This document shows, one piece after another, positions 49,314 to 58,506 of a DNA stretch of 64,000 bases. Location: positions 960,001-1,024,000 of the forward strand of contig OZ241986.1 in NCBI GenBank assembly GCA_965204375.1. The letters run 5' to 3'. The notes under the pieces are model-generated. The model did no database searches. It saw nothing but the letters and a program-made list of their open reading frames with translations, and was not told the origin of the DNA. The translations under genes and the position numbers were made by a program. Position 1 is the stretch's first letter; every line of letters begins with the position of its first letter. The stretch comes from Candidatus Latescibacterota bacterium. Its GTDB lineage: Bacteria; Latescibacterota; UBA2968.

Positions 49314-50348
49314 TCACAACTCTTCTTTCGACCGACCTGGCACCCGCCTGTTTACAATGTCCTGTCCCGTTTGTCCTAACTCGTTCGTTTTGGGCCAGGA
49401 TTTGTCGAGATATCTCTTTGCCTGGGCCTCAAACGCCTTGTATTCGTCGGCGCTGATCTTCCCGTCATGATCCCTATCAATGAATGGGAAGAGCCATTCA
49501 AAATCGGGTCTGTCACTGGCCCATTCATGCCAGGAAGACCACTCCTTTTGGGATGTGGCGTATTTCTCCTGGTAATTGAGCTGCACAACCCTCCTCATGG
49601 CAATGTCTATCAGTTCCTCTTCCCAACTCAGGAATTCATCGCCATTAAGATTTGCCCGGTGCCAATCGGGGTGTGGGAACTCCTCATAAGAAACGTAGCC
49701 GTCCTTGTTTCTGTCTAATTTCCACCAATAGGTTTTGGCATTTTGCAAGCGTTCAGGTTCTATGCTAGCTTCCAGTTGCTCAATTCCTTTAAGCCGTTGT
49801 ACCTGTGCAGACTGCCGCCCCTCCTCCGTCAGCAAGTGCTGATAGTCGGCCAGCGCCTCTCGTTTAACCATTAGCATAGTTCCGTAGTGACCACCCTGAT
49901 TGATTAATTGACCCGTGGCGGTTCTCCTGTCACCGGCAATCACTGCCGTAAAAATTGCCCAGGTTCTGGTTCCTGCCTGACGCTCTAAAACCATCATGCT
50001 GTGGGGACTCCCCTTATACCATTTGCCTGTAATGTTGCCCCGCAAAATCCTTTCAGCGATAGGTCTGATTGTCGAGGGCGGATCGAAGGGGTGTTTGAGT
50101 TGCCCATTGATCCCAGTGATTGCCTCTCCGTCCTGCTTCAGTTTCAGATACATGATGCCATTCCCTGTCGGGGCATTCAGAAACATGGTCGTGAAGCAGA
50201 CCCATTCTCCGGATACGTCAACGCCGCCATCTTGTCCTCCTGTTTGTTTGGGCAAAATCGCCTGGCGGTTCGCGATTCTGTCTTCCAGATTGAGGTGCTT
50301 GATGATGGCCATTTCAAGTTCCGGGGTGAATGATTTCTCAGGCTTCAT
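49314..50348 (-). CDS. EF-hand-containing hypothetical protein
   Basis: DRNKDGYVSYEE, NLNGDEFLSWEE, DRDHDGKISADE; GGAGAG RBS before MKPEK. Confidence 0.72.
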   Translation of the reverse strand: MKPEKSFTPELEMAIIKHLNLEDRIANRQAILPKQTGGQDGGVDVSGEWVCFTTMFLNAPTGNGIMYLKLKQDGEAITGINGQLKHPFDPPSTIRPIAERILRGNITGKWYKGSPHSMMVLERQAGTRTWAIFTAVIAGDRRTATGQLINQGGHYGTMLMVKREALADYQHLLTEEGRQSAQVQRLKGIEQLEASIEPERLQNAKTYWWKLDRNKDGYVSYEEFPHPDWHRANLNGDEFLSWEEELIDIAMRRVVQLNYQEKYATSQKEWSSWHEWASDRPDFEWLFPFIDRDHDGKISADEYKAFEAQAKRYLDKSWPKTNELGQTGQDIVNRRVPGRSKEEL

Positions 50349-50390
50349 TCTCGCTCTCCTTCCAAAGCATGTTTTATCAAACAGCCCGTA

Positions 50391-50457
50391 AAACCCACAC
50401 CCTTCAGGTGTGGGTCGCATGGCGAAGGGCTTCTGGTTCCCTGCTTTCGCAGGGACA
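50391..50457. repeat. Two short palindromes (IS200/IS605-end-like and REP-like)
   Basis: ACCCACACC-CTTCA-GGTGTGGGT and TCCCTGC-TTTC-GCAGGGA. Confidence 0.5.
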
Positions 50458-50580
50458 TGCTTATGGTGTGGTGCTTTAGCATTGGGCATATCGCTCAAGG
50501 CGATAGGAGTGGTGGAGCGGTGTACAAGTGCGCCAGCACTTCATTATTGTGATTCGTCCGTTAATTTTACAAAAAATAGC

Positions 50581-50770
50581 TTGACAAAATACGCTCATAA
50601 GTATATATTTTTATTATGTTTAAGTCCATAAAATACAGACTGCGCCCGACGAAAAAGCAAGAGAAAGTCTTGCTGGCACATGCTGCCATAAACATTTTGA
50701 CGTTGGGGCTACAACGTCAGGCGACCTAACCGCCAAGAAGCCCAACTGCTCTATCGTTGGGAGTAGTCAC
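50581..50770 (+). mobile_element. Miniature IS200/IS605 (tnpB) remnant: promoter, collapsed tnpB and right end
   Basis: TTGACA-17 bp-TATATT; 37-aa ORF 50616-50729; then AGAAGCCCAAC..GTTGGGAGTAGTCAC right-end hairpin and TCAC terminus. Confidence 0.8.
50616..50729 (+). pseudogene. tnpB: tnpB collapsed to its first 22 and last 15 codons
   Basis: MFKSIKYRLRPTKKQEKVLLAH (N-terminal KYRLxPTxxQ) fused in frame to AAINILTLGLQRQAT* (C-terminal NAAxNI). Confidence 0.8.
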
Positions 50771-52191
50771 CTCTGCAAACATGACGGATCTACTTCCACA
50801 GAATTTGCTGTGTGTTTGTCCAGTTGATCAGACAATTGGTGGACAACATCTGCATATTCTGGATCTCGTGCTATATTTGTGAATTCTTCTGGATCAGCGT
50901 ACACATCTGCGAGGAAGATGTCTTCATCTTCAGATTTCGGTTTTTCGCCATCAAGCAACACATTTTTATCAAGGCGATACTGGCTCGTGCGTATGCAGCT
51001 TCGCCGCGGCCAACCGCGATCACCATACCAATCGCCACGGCCACCATTGGGTGCCATCTTGCTGAATGGCCGGCCATATCCGATTGTAGAGTAGATACAG
51101 TCGGGTGGTGGATCAGTGAAAAGATCGCGGCCTTTGAATTGCGAAGGTGTTTCGATGCTGGTAAAAGAAAAGAGTGTTCGTGCAATGTCCAGACTGTCGC
51201 AGATGTCATCCCGCACTTGCTCTGCAGGTATGGTGCCTGGCCAGGAGATTAGAAGTGGTACGCGATGCACTGTGGGCGTGTAAGTCAGTTTTTCGAAGGC
51301 GCCTGTCTCGCCAAGTGGATTGCCGTGGTCCGCACCAAATACGATGAGGGTTTGTTCCTGGCGACCAGTTTCCTCAAGAAACTCTAAGATCCGTCCGACT
51401 TGCGTGTCAATCCAGGCGACCTGTGCGTAGTAGTGAAGGCGTCCCGCACGGAGTTTTTCGAGATCCATTCTGGCCACACCAAAAACTTCGGCAACGCGTT
51501 TTTCAAATGCAGAGAGGGTGTCGGGCAGCGGATCGGGCAGGCCGGGGTCTTGATCGTCGAGAAGCTTTACATATTGTGCGGGAGGTAATACCGGTGTGTG
51601 GGGCTGAAGAAGGGAAATGCGCACGAGATAAGGGGAGGTTGCTGTTTGGAGCCAGTGTAAGGCATTTTCAACGACTGAGTCGGGAGGATAGGGTTCATCG
51701 TCTGGAAAAATACCGCCGTTCATGCCGCCGTAGGGCGAGCGGATCATCTGCACAGCGTCTTCGCCAAGATGTTCCCAGATTTTCATTTCACCACCCGTTC
51801 CGTCGTGGTATTGGAAGATTTCATGCCCTGGATTGGCACCTGGACGTATTTCGGGGGCAACATGGATCTTTCCAAAATTGGCAGTTGAATAGCCGTTCTG
51901 TGAAAATACGTTAGGGAAAGTTTGCAGGATACGGGGCAACCGGAAATTTGGCCATGCACCTTCATTGTTGTACACGCCTGTGTCTTCGGGATATAGACCA
52001 GTTAGCGTGCAATATCTGGAGGCAACACAAACAGGCGCATTGCAAAAGTTATTTGTGAATCGCACACCGCTGCTCGCCAAACGGTCGAGATTTGGCGTGC
52101 GCAACTGCAATCTGGGATGCCCATAACAGTCCAGCGCATCGGTGCGCAGTTCGTCACAGTAAATCCAGATAATATCAGGTTTTTCAGGCAT
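50767..52191 (-). CDS. Sulfatase (S1-like)
   Basis: CDELR, TPNLD, CVASR (CxAxR variant), GKIH, PHTP, ADHG. Confidence 0.88.
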   Translation of the reverse strand: MPEKPDIIWIYCDELRTDALDCYGHPRLQLRTPNLDRLASSGVRFTNNFCNAPVCVASRYCTLTGLYPEDTGVYNNEGAWPNFRLPRILQTFPNVFSQNGYSTANFGKIHVAPEIRPGANPGHEIFQYHDGTGGEMKIWEHLGEDAVQMIRSPYGGMNGGIFPDDEPYPPDSVVENALHWLQTATSPYLVRISLLQPHTPVLPPAQYVKLLDDQDPGLPDPLPDTLSAFEKRVAEVFGVARMDLEKLRAGRLHYYAQVAWIDTQVGRILEFLEETGRQEQTLIVFGADHGNPLGETGAFEKLTYTPTVHRVPLLISWPGTIPAEQVRDDICDSLDIARTLFSFTSIETPSQFKGRDLFTDPPPDCIYSTIGYGRPFSKMAPNGGRGDWYGDRGWPRRSCIRTSQYRLDKNVLLDGEKPKSEDEDIFLADVYADPEEFTNIARDPEYADVVHQLSDQLDKHTANSVEVDPSCLQR

Positions 52192-52212
52192 AAAAAGTTC
52201 GGCCTTTGTTTT

Positions 52213-53487
52213 TTAGATGTCTTTTTTGGGGACAACTGCGCCGTGTAGCACGAGTAGGTCGTGTAAATCAGAAAGCGGAACGTCGCGGGGTGTTGTTTCC
52301 AAACGCACAGATACTGCTGCTGCAGCACCCGCTGCCTGTCCCATAGCCATTGAGGATGCCTGTACTCGCAAAGCAGAATTTGCAAGTCGGTCACTGCTCA
52401 CACTGCGTCCAGCGACGAGTAAATTATGACTGTTTTTAGGGATCAGTGCGCGTAGAGGAACTGTCGCAACGGTGCCTTCAGACAGTGGTTGGGGCTTTAC
52501 ACCGTCTTTGTCATGGAGGTCAATTGGATAAAAAGAGTACGATACAGCGTCCTCAAAATGTCGGCCACTGGTATAATCATCGTGGGTTATCTGCACCTCT
52601 CCAACAATGCGATAGGTTTCGCGCACAGCGGTTTCTGCCTGCGCTTTTAAAACGCGGGCATTTTCGCATCCAGGCAGTGAACGTACAAACCGCAAAATCC
52701 GCAACAAAGATTGTCGCCCTGCAATGTTGGTTTTTGTATGCCTGTCAGAGGTCGATGCATCAGCGCCAAATACGTGCTGGGCATTTTCTCCGCCTTTTCC
52801 AAGGTAGCCGATGAACCGTGCGCGCGGATTGCTTACATCGCCGTGTTGTAATCGGCCATCTTTCATGGCTGCGATAAACTGTCTCTGAATGACATCTTCG
52901 TCCAGCGTATCAACATCATAACCACCCAGTTTAAAAATCAATGTGCCCGGTTGTGTTTCTTCTTCGCGCAAACGAGGAAAACCGATCTGGCCCACAATAT
53001 TTGCGCCGCCGGTGCAGTCAATTAGCTGTTTGGTCAGGATGGTGCGCCGCAGGTTTTTTCCGACAGTCTCGATTTTCCAACCTCTGTCTGTTTCTAAAAC
53101 TTGCGTCGGTATTTCATAAAAGTGCAATTGCACGCCTGCTCGAGTACAGGCTTCTTCTGCAAGTGCCGCATATACAGGGCCATTGATGCGTATCTGGTGC
53201 ATCCAATGGCGCTCAGGAGCGACTGAAAAATCCGGCAGTTGGCCACTGTCAAGTGCTACTGCTTTTATAACCAGTTCCCATCCAATGCCCGCGACAATCT
53301 GCTTTCCCCAGGCATGAAAAAGTCCGGGGAAGGAAACGCCGCCTGTTGTGGTGACACCACCGAGTTGACTGCCAGATTCAACCAGAGCTGTGCGAAGTCC
53401 CGCGCGACCCGCTTGTATGGCAGCAATCGTACCCGCTGTGCCTCCTCCAACTACGAGCACATCTACCTCGTCTTTTATATGCTCCAT
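52213..53487 (-). CDS. FAD-dependent oxidoreductase
   Basis: VVGGGTAG, IDCTG, RETYRIVG, LLVAGRSVS, MAMGQAAG. Confidence 0.88.
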   Translation of the reverse strand: MEHIKDEVDVLVVGGGTAGTIAAIQAGRAGLRTALVESGSQLGGVTTTGGVSFPGLFHAWGKQIVAGIGWELVIKAVALDSGQLPDFSVAPERHWMHQIRINGPVYAALAEEACTRAGVQLHFYEIPTQVLETDRGWKIETVGKNLRRTILTKQLIDCTGGANIVGQIGFPRLREEETQPGTLIFKLGGYDVDTLDEDVIQRQFIAAMKDGRLQHGDVSNPRARFIGYLGKGGENAQHVFGADASTSDRHTKTNIAGRQSLLRILRFVRSLPGCENARVLKAQAETAVRETYRIVGEVQITHDDYTSGRHFEDAVSYSFYPIDLHDKDGVKPQPLSEGTVATVPLRALIPKNSHNLLVAGRSVSSDRLANSALRVQASSMAMGQAAGAAAAVSVRLETTPRDVPLSDLHDLLVLHGAVVPKKDI

Positions 53488-53574
53488 ATTTTCTGCTTTC
53501 TTTTAAAAAACGAACCTTTAGTTCGGAAAATATGTGGGATGCTTGATGGATTGGCAATCTCTTTATGTTGTCGA

Positions 53575-54561
53575 TCACGGCTTCCAGGCGAATCGACCAT
53601 ATCGAGGCGTTTTTGGAGGCACGATCGGTAACTCCTCCCACCCGGACCTGGTTTCAACCATGATTTTCGGGCCACCCTTTTTAGGATCTGGAAAAGCCCG
53701 AGTCACAAATCCATCGGGAGACCATGTGGGATCATCACCACGCCCTGCTTTTCGCTTATTATTCCCATCACTATCGACAACCCATACATTCCAGGTTTCG
53801 CCGATCAGCTTGTCTCTTTCGCGATCTTGTCTCCCTGTGAATTTGCTCATATGGATCATCTCCACACCTTCCCAATGGGCGATCCACTTGCCATCCGGTG
53901 ACCAGGCAGGGACTTTTTGTTCGATGGGAAGCTTGAGGGTCTCGTCATGTTCAGCAGACGTTGGTGAAATTGGTTTGGCATCACTGCCATCGAGATTGCT
54001 CAACCAAACCCTGTAGTTGCCGCTTCGATTTGAAACAAAGGCCACCTTTGTTCCTTTCGGCGAGACAACGGCCATCGAATTGCTGAACTTAATTTGTTGA
54101 GGATCGCTGAACAATCGCCTCGATTCCATGGTCTCCGTGTTCATGATGTGCAACTGGCTGTTTTCAGCGGGGTCTTTTCCTGGTTTGAATATCATCCATA
54201 CGATGTGTTTAGAATCAGGAAACCAGGAAGGTATCAAATTTCTCCCCGATTCTGTGAGTGCTTTCTGATTACTGCCATCAAAGTTGGAGATCCAAAGAGC
54301 CATTCCTTTTTCGCTCTGTTGCACAAATACAATTTTACTGCCGTCAGGAGACACGGCAGGCATCATACATTCATGATTGGAATTTGTAATTTGGCGCCTG
54401 GATGAACCGTCCGCCTTGATGTGATAGAGTTGTAGTATGTTATTCTCATCAGGGCAACTGACAATAATCTCACGCATTTGAGACTCTCCAGCAAACAAAC
54501 CATCTGACACGCAAGCAATCGTAAAAATAGCCAGGATCAATATTAAGAATGATTTCATCAT
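53575..54561 (-). CDS. Secreted TolB-like (PD40 repeat) protein
   Basis: Signal peptide; PAVSPDG, PSWFPDS, VSPKG, PAWSPDG, PTWSPDG. Confidence 0.82.
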   Translation of the reverse strand: MMKSFLILILAIFTIACVSDGLFAGESQMREIIVSCPDENNILQLYHIKADGSSRRQITNSNHECMMPAVSPDGSKIVFVQQSEKGMALWISNFDGSNQKALTESGRNLIPSWFPDSKHIVWMIFKPGKDPAENSQLHIMNTETMESRRLFSDPQQIKFSNSMAVVSPKGTKVAFVSNRSGNYRVWLSNLDGSDAKPISPTSAEHDETLKLPIEQKVPAWSPDGKWIAHWEGVEMIHMSKFTGRQDRERDKLIGETWNVWVVDSDGNNKRKAGRGDDPTWSPDGFVTRAFPDPKKGGPKIMVETRSGWEELPIVPPKTPRYGRFAWKP

Positions 54562-54673
54562 ACGTGTGAGAATCACCCCGGCAACGCCTGCTTTTACGTA
54601 ATGTGATGGCATCATTAAACGGTCCGTCGTATTGTGAAAATCTCAAGAGAAAGTCTAATCATCTTCGCTTGTA

Positions 54674-54877
54674 TCAGTCAACCCATTTCGTCTTTGAAGT
54701 AAAGTCTTTGATCTCTTCTTCCAGGTCCCTCAGAGATTCCTCAAGTTTCTTTATTTTCGCCTCCGGTGCATCCTTAAGTCGCGAGTTCTCCAATCGAAGT
54801 TGCAGGATTTCACGCTGCGTAACATAGCCGTAGCCTTTGAGTTGAGTTACAAGATTCGGGAACCCAATATACTGCAT
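54674..54877 (-). pseudogene. Probable 3' fragment of an unknown gene
   Basis: Homologous to the IS-split fragment at 40861/43665; no clear RBS and the frame stays open upstream (PSSFLNWD). Confidence 0.6.
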
Positions 54878-54926
54878 GTCCCAGTTCAGGAAGGAAGAGG
54901 GGGTCGGGTTGGCTGATTCTCGCCTT

Positions 54927-55904
54927 TCAATCTATGCCTTCGATTGCCGCCTCGCCCATACGAATCGCCGCATCAGGGAGAGCGAGTATTCGGTCTTCCA
55001 ATCCCCAGGTTCTCCGATTAGGCGACTTCGGCCCCCATTTCCGGTGGAGCTGGCAGAGGCGCTTGGCATAGTAGGCCGCGAAGATGAGCGGGAGTGCGGC
55101 ACGTTCATCAGCCAGGGGAGGCCGGATTGAAAAGTACCCCTCCACGAACCGCTGCATTTCCTCATCTGTAAGCTGTCGACCTGCGGTCCCCATCAGCCAT
55201 TGCATCCGAACCATCACTACATCCTCAAGCGCCGGAGCGAAGTGAGCCGAATTGAAGTCGGTAAATCGGACCTCACCTGACGGGGAAGCAATCGTGTTCC
55301 AGCTTCGCACATCTCCACGACAGAAGAGCCACCGGACGTTCATCTTGTTCGGCGTGTTATTCAACTGTGCTCGAAGCCGAGTGACAGCATCTGCCCCGTT
55401 CGAGGAGAACGTCGTCCTCTCGCAATACTCGAGAGCATCAGAGATGTACCTCTGCGCATCTTTGACTTCTGAACGGTAGGCTGGAAAGTCTTCGCTCGCA
55501 TCGTGAACCCGTGCTAGAGCCTCCCCCACGTTGCGGAGAGTATCGACGCGATCTACGACCTCTCCTTCCAAGATGCTCTCCACCGAAATCACCAGGTCTC
55601 GAACGGACTTATAGAGGCTACCATCCGTGGTTGGACGGATGTCAGGACACGGCGCGCCGCGATCGGCAAGGTGTCGAACGAACTCCACAATGGTTTTGGG
55701 ATGGGTCGAGCCGTCCCACCCCGGATTCACGCGGAACACAACGCGTCCGTCCCGCAGACTATCACAAAAGAAGACGCACCGCGAATTCGCCCTGCGGACG
55801 CTGGTTACTTCCAGATCCCAGAATCGCTTGCAGAGATCCATAATTTCTGGCTGATCAGGCAGCGGGCCCGTTTCGTCTCTAGATCTGGGATAGCGTGGTT
55901 CCAT
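54927..55904 (-). CDS. Phosphotransferase (APH/homoserine kinase II-like)
   Basis: VFRV, ALARVH, CRGDVRSWN, FTDF. Confidence 0.78.
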   Translation of the reverse strand: MEPRYPRSRDETGPLPDQPEIMDLCKRFWDLEVTSVRRANSRCVFFCDSLRDGRVVFRVNPGWDGSTHPKTIVEFVRHLADRGAPCPDIRPTTDGSLYKSVRDLVISVESILEGEVVDRVDTLRNVGEALARVHDASEDFPAYRSEVKDAQRYISDALEYCERTTFSSNGADAVTRLRAQLNNTPNKMNVRWLFCRGDVRSWNTIASPSGEVRFTDFNSAHFAPALEDVVMVRMQWLMGTAGRQLTDEEMQRFVEGYFSIRPPLADERAALPLIFAAYYAKRLCQLHRKWGPKSPNRRTWGLEDRILALPDAAIRMGEAAIEGID

Positions 55905-55991
55905 TGGTTTTCTCGGTCCAGGACTGGCCGTAGCGGCGCATTGCAGGTAACGGCCTGCGGTTGCCTATTAAGAGCAAGATAAATGCTGAAG

Positions 55992-56025
55992 AAAATCCCC
56001 GTCAGATAACCTACTGAACGGGGAT
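55992..56025 (-). terminator. Rho-independent terminator-like hairpin
   Basis: Minus strand ATCCCCGTTCAG-TAGGTTAT-CTGACGGGGAT-TTT; shares an arm with the 48580 hairpin. Confidence 0.6.
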
Positions 56026-56055
56026 CTATATCACGAAACAGGTTCTATGATAAAC

Positions 56056-56265
56056 TCAGGTAACCCGCTCTCTTCGTTCACTTGGATGAAGCGAAAGATA
56101 CTCTCTCACCTCGAGATTCATCCGATCTATTTCGGCCAGATAGCCGCCTGCCGATAACCAATAGTTCTGTGGATTGGTTTCAACCTGTCGAAGCTTTTCT
56201 ACTTGTCGCTGAAAATACTGGATGCGTTCCTTGGTCGCCTCAAGTTCCTGATCGTTCTGAATCAT
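56056..56265 (-). CDS. Small helical hypothetical protein, possible antitoxin-type partner
   Basis: 69 aa, MIQNDQELEATKERIQYF..EIDRMNLEVREYL; GAGGTG RBS; overlaps the end of the upstream remnant. Confidence 0.7.
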   Translation of the reverse strand: MIQNDQELEATKERIQYFQRQVEKLRQVETNPQNYWLSAGGYLAEIDRMNLEVREYLSLHPSERRERVT

Positions 56266-56339
56266 CGCTGATCACCTCTACTATTCCACGTCGTGTCTGG
56301 TAAATCACCATTATGATCGAATTCAGGCCAATTCTTCAT
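56240..56339 (-). pseudogene. Collapsed DUF6932-like gene
   Basis: ATG at 56339 gives MKNWPEFDHNGDLP, joined out of frame to TRRGIVEVISDDSERSGT*. Both match the termini of DUF6932-type proteins as I recall them. Confidence 0.55.
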
Positions 56340-56738
56340 CTGGAGTCAGGTCTTCCAGAATAATCTGTTCGGTTCGGCTTCGGTTTGGCTACTATTATAC
56401 AATATAGCTTTCTATACAGGGCATTTCCAGCGAAATTTTTTTCTATTCTATGCTCAAGTATTTGGATGAAGAGCCGAATAGTTCAAAGCCGTGCATAGTC
56501 GTGTGATGCAGCGTGCTCACTTCGTTACGGCGGTAGAAGCTCTGTGGAGAGGTCCCCCGAGAAACCTCTCGCTTTGATTTGCGCCACGAAGCCATCGATC
56601 TCTGCCTTGAAATAGCTGGCCATCGAGGACAGTGACCGAATCGCTCTGCGCTCTTGAGGCGGCGAAGTCTCGCCATCTTTCCAGACTTTCCTCTATCCGG
56701 CAGGCCTCGCCTTGCCACTCCTATTGTTTTTCGTCTTC

Positions 56739-58285
56739 TTATTCATACCGTAGAGCATCTACTGGATTGGAAATTGCGGCCCTTACGGTCTGAGAACTCA
56801 CTGTCATCAGCGCAATCACAAGCGATAGAACCCCTCCTAGCAGAAACGGCCAAATGCCAAGTTGAATTCGATAGACAAAGTCTTGCAGCCACGCATTCAT
56901 AGTATAATACACAACAGGCCAGGCAATGATATTCGCAATGATGATCAGTGTCATAAAATCTTTAGAAAGTAAGAAGATGAGATCGGGTATGGAAGCGCCG
57001 AGTACTTTGCGGATACCAATCTCTTTTGTCCGCTGGGTTACAGTAAAAGATGCCAGTCCGAACAGCCCCAAACAGGCTACCAGGATCGCTAACCCTGATA
57101 CCAGATTCAGTACTCGGTTCAGACGTACTTCCTCCCGATAGCTAAGTGCGATCATTCCGTCCACAAAGTTGAATCTCGGCGGTTGATGAGGTATCCATTT
57201 CGACCAAGTGTTCCGCAAAAATGTCATGGTTTCCTGGACACTGTTTGGACTGATGCGAAAGGAGAAACGTCTCTGTCGAATCGCTTGCTGTCCTCAAATC
57301 CAAATTGCGGCCCTCAACAAGCTCCATACCGAAAGTGTCCAAGAAATGTTCATCAATACCGAACACCACAACGTTCCGCTCATTGTTTGGATCGCCTTCC
57401 AAGTAAACAGTGGACACATCCTTCACTTCCACCGGGACACGCTGAGATGCAGACATTTTCAAGATGTTGGGATGTTGCAGGAAAGACCGTTTGACGGCTT
57501 CATACTGGTTTAGTAGAGACGGATCTTGGTTCAAGATGGGAGTTCGAACGATGTAATCTTGGTCAAAACCTAGATCCCGGTTTCTGATAAACTCCATTTG
57601 CTGATCTATGACCAGGGTACTGAGAATGAGACAAATTGAAACGGTAAACTGAAAAATGATGAGCCCTTTTCGAAAACCAATACGTCTTGTGCCAGTTCTT
57701 ATCGTTCCTTTTAAAGTTTCTACCGGTTGAACGGCAGAGAGAAAGAAAGCCGGATAACTGCCCGCAATGATGCCGACAATCAGGGCGAGACCCACAAGGC
57801 TCAGGAACATCATACCCTGACTGGTAGCTTCCAAAGTCAAGTTCATCGGAAACGACTGTTGCCTGGTCACCAGTGTATTAAATGTAGGCAACATGAGTTT
57901 GGCCAATCCATAAGCGAAGACAAGTGCCATCAAGGACAGCAAAATGGACTCCCCTTGAAATTGTACAATCAGTTGCCGCCGGAAGGCACCGACCACTTTT
58001 CGCATACCCACCTCTTTCGCCCGATCCGCTGACCGAGCCGTGGCCAGGTTCATAAAGTTGATGCAGGCAATCAACTTTTCCTGCAGGATGTTTGATCTCT
58101 CTCCAGACTTTGAAAATCCTGTGTCCATTGGGATGGTAACTGGCATGTTTGAATTCGTCCTGAATAAAAAGCAGGATTAAAATGCCACAGGCCATCCCCA
58201 CCGACAGCCCGAGGGTGTTGATTACAGAATAGGTTTTGTGGCGTATCAGATTTCGGATGGCAACAGTAAGATAATTTCTGAGCAT
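56739..58285 (-). pseudogene. MacB/FtsX-like ABC permease with two internal deletions and frameshifts
   Basis: MLRNYLTVAIRN..INTLGL (58285) joins LIACINFMNLATARS near 58070, which joins SFRISPN..ACLGLFGL..RTKEIGIRKVLGAS..NPVDALRYE near 57260. About 1.55 kb against roughly 2.4 kb usual for this family. Confidence 0.85.
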
Positions 58286-58372
58286 GGTTTCCTCCCGTGA
58301 ATTCGGTTCTCGCAACTATCTATTGTGTCGTGAAAAAGGCTGTTCATATCGATCTTGATTTTTGTTTTTTTC

Positions 58373-58416
58373 TCATATATTTTTTAGAAATACATCATAT
58401 ATTTTTTAGAAACACA
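58373..58416. repeat. 22-bp tandem duplication in a promoter region
   Basis: tcatatattttttagaaataca / tcatatattttttagaaacaca, just after a TTGATT -35-like box. Confidence 0.8.
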
Positions 58417-58506
58417 AACCTAATCAGATAGAGAGCTTGTCTGACCCGTGCGCGTGTTCAGCGCAGCACCAGGCTCGCCCGAACGCTCTATCAGAGGAGA
58501 AACTGA

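Noticed and set aside
56443-56718. 91-aa ORF
   Set aside because: Not protein-like; another frame has a short protein-like stretch (IEESLERWRDFAAS..VLDGQLFQ), suggesting an unassignable remnant.
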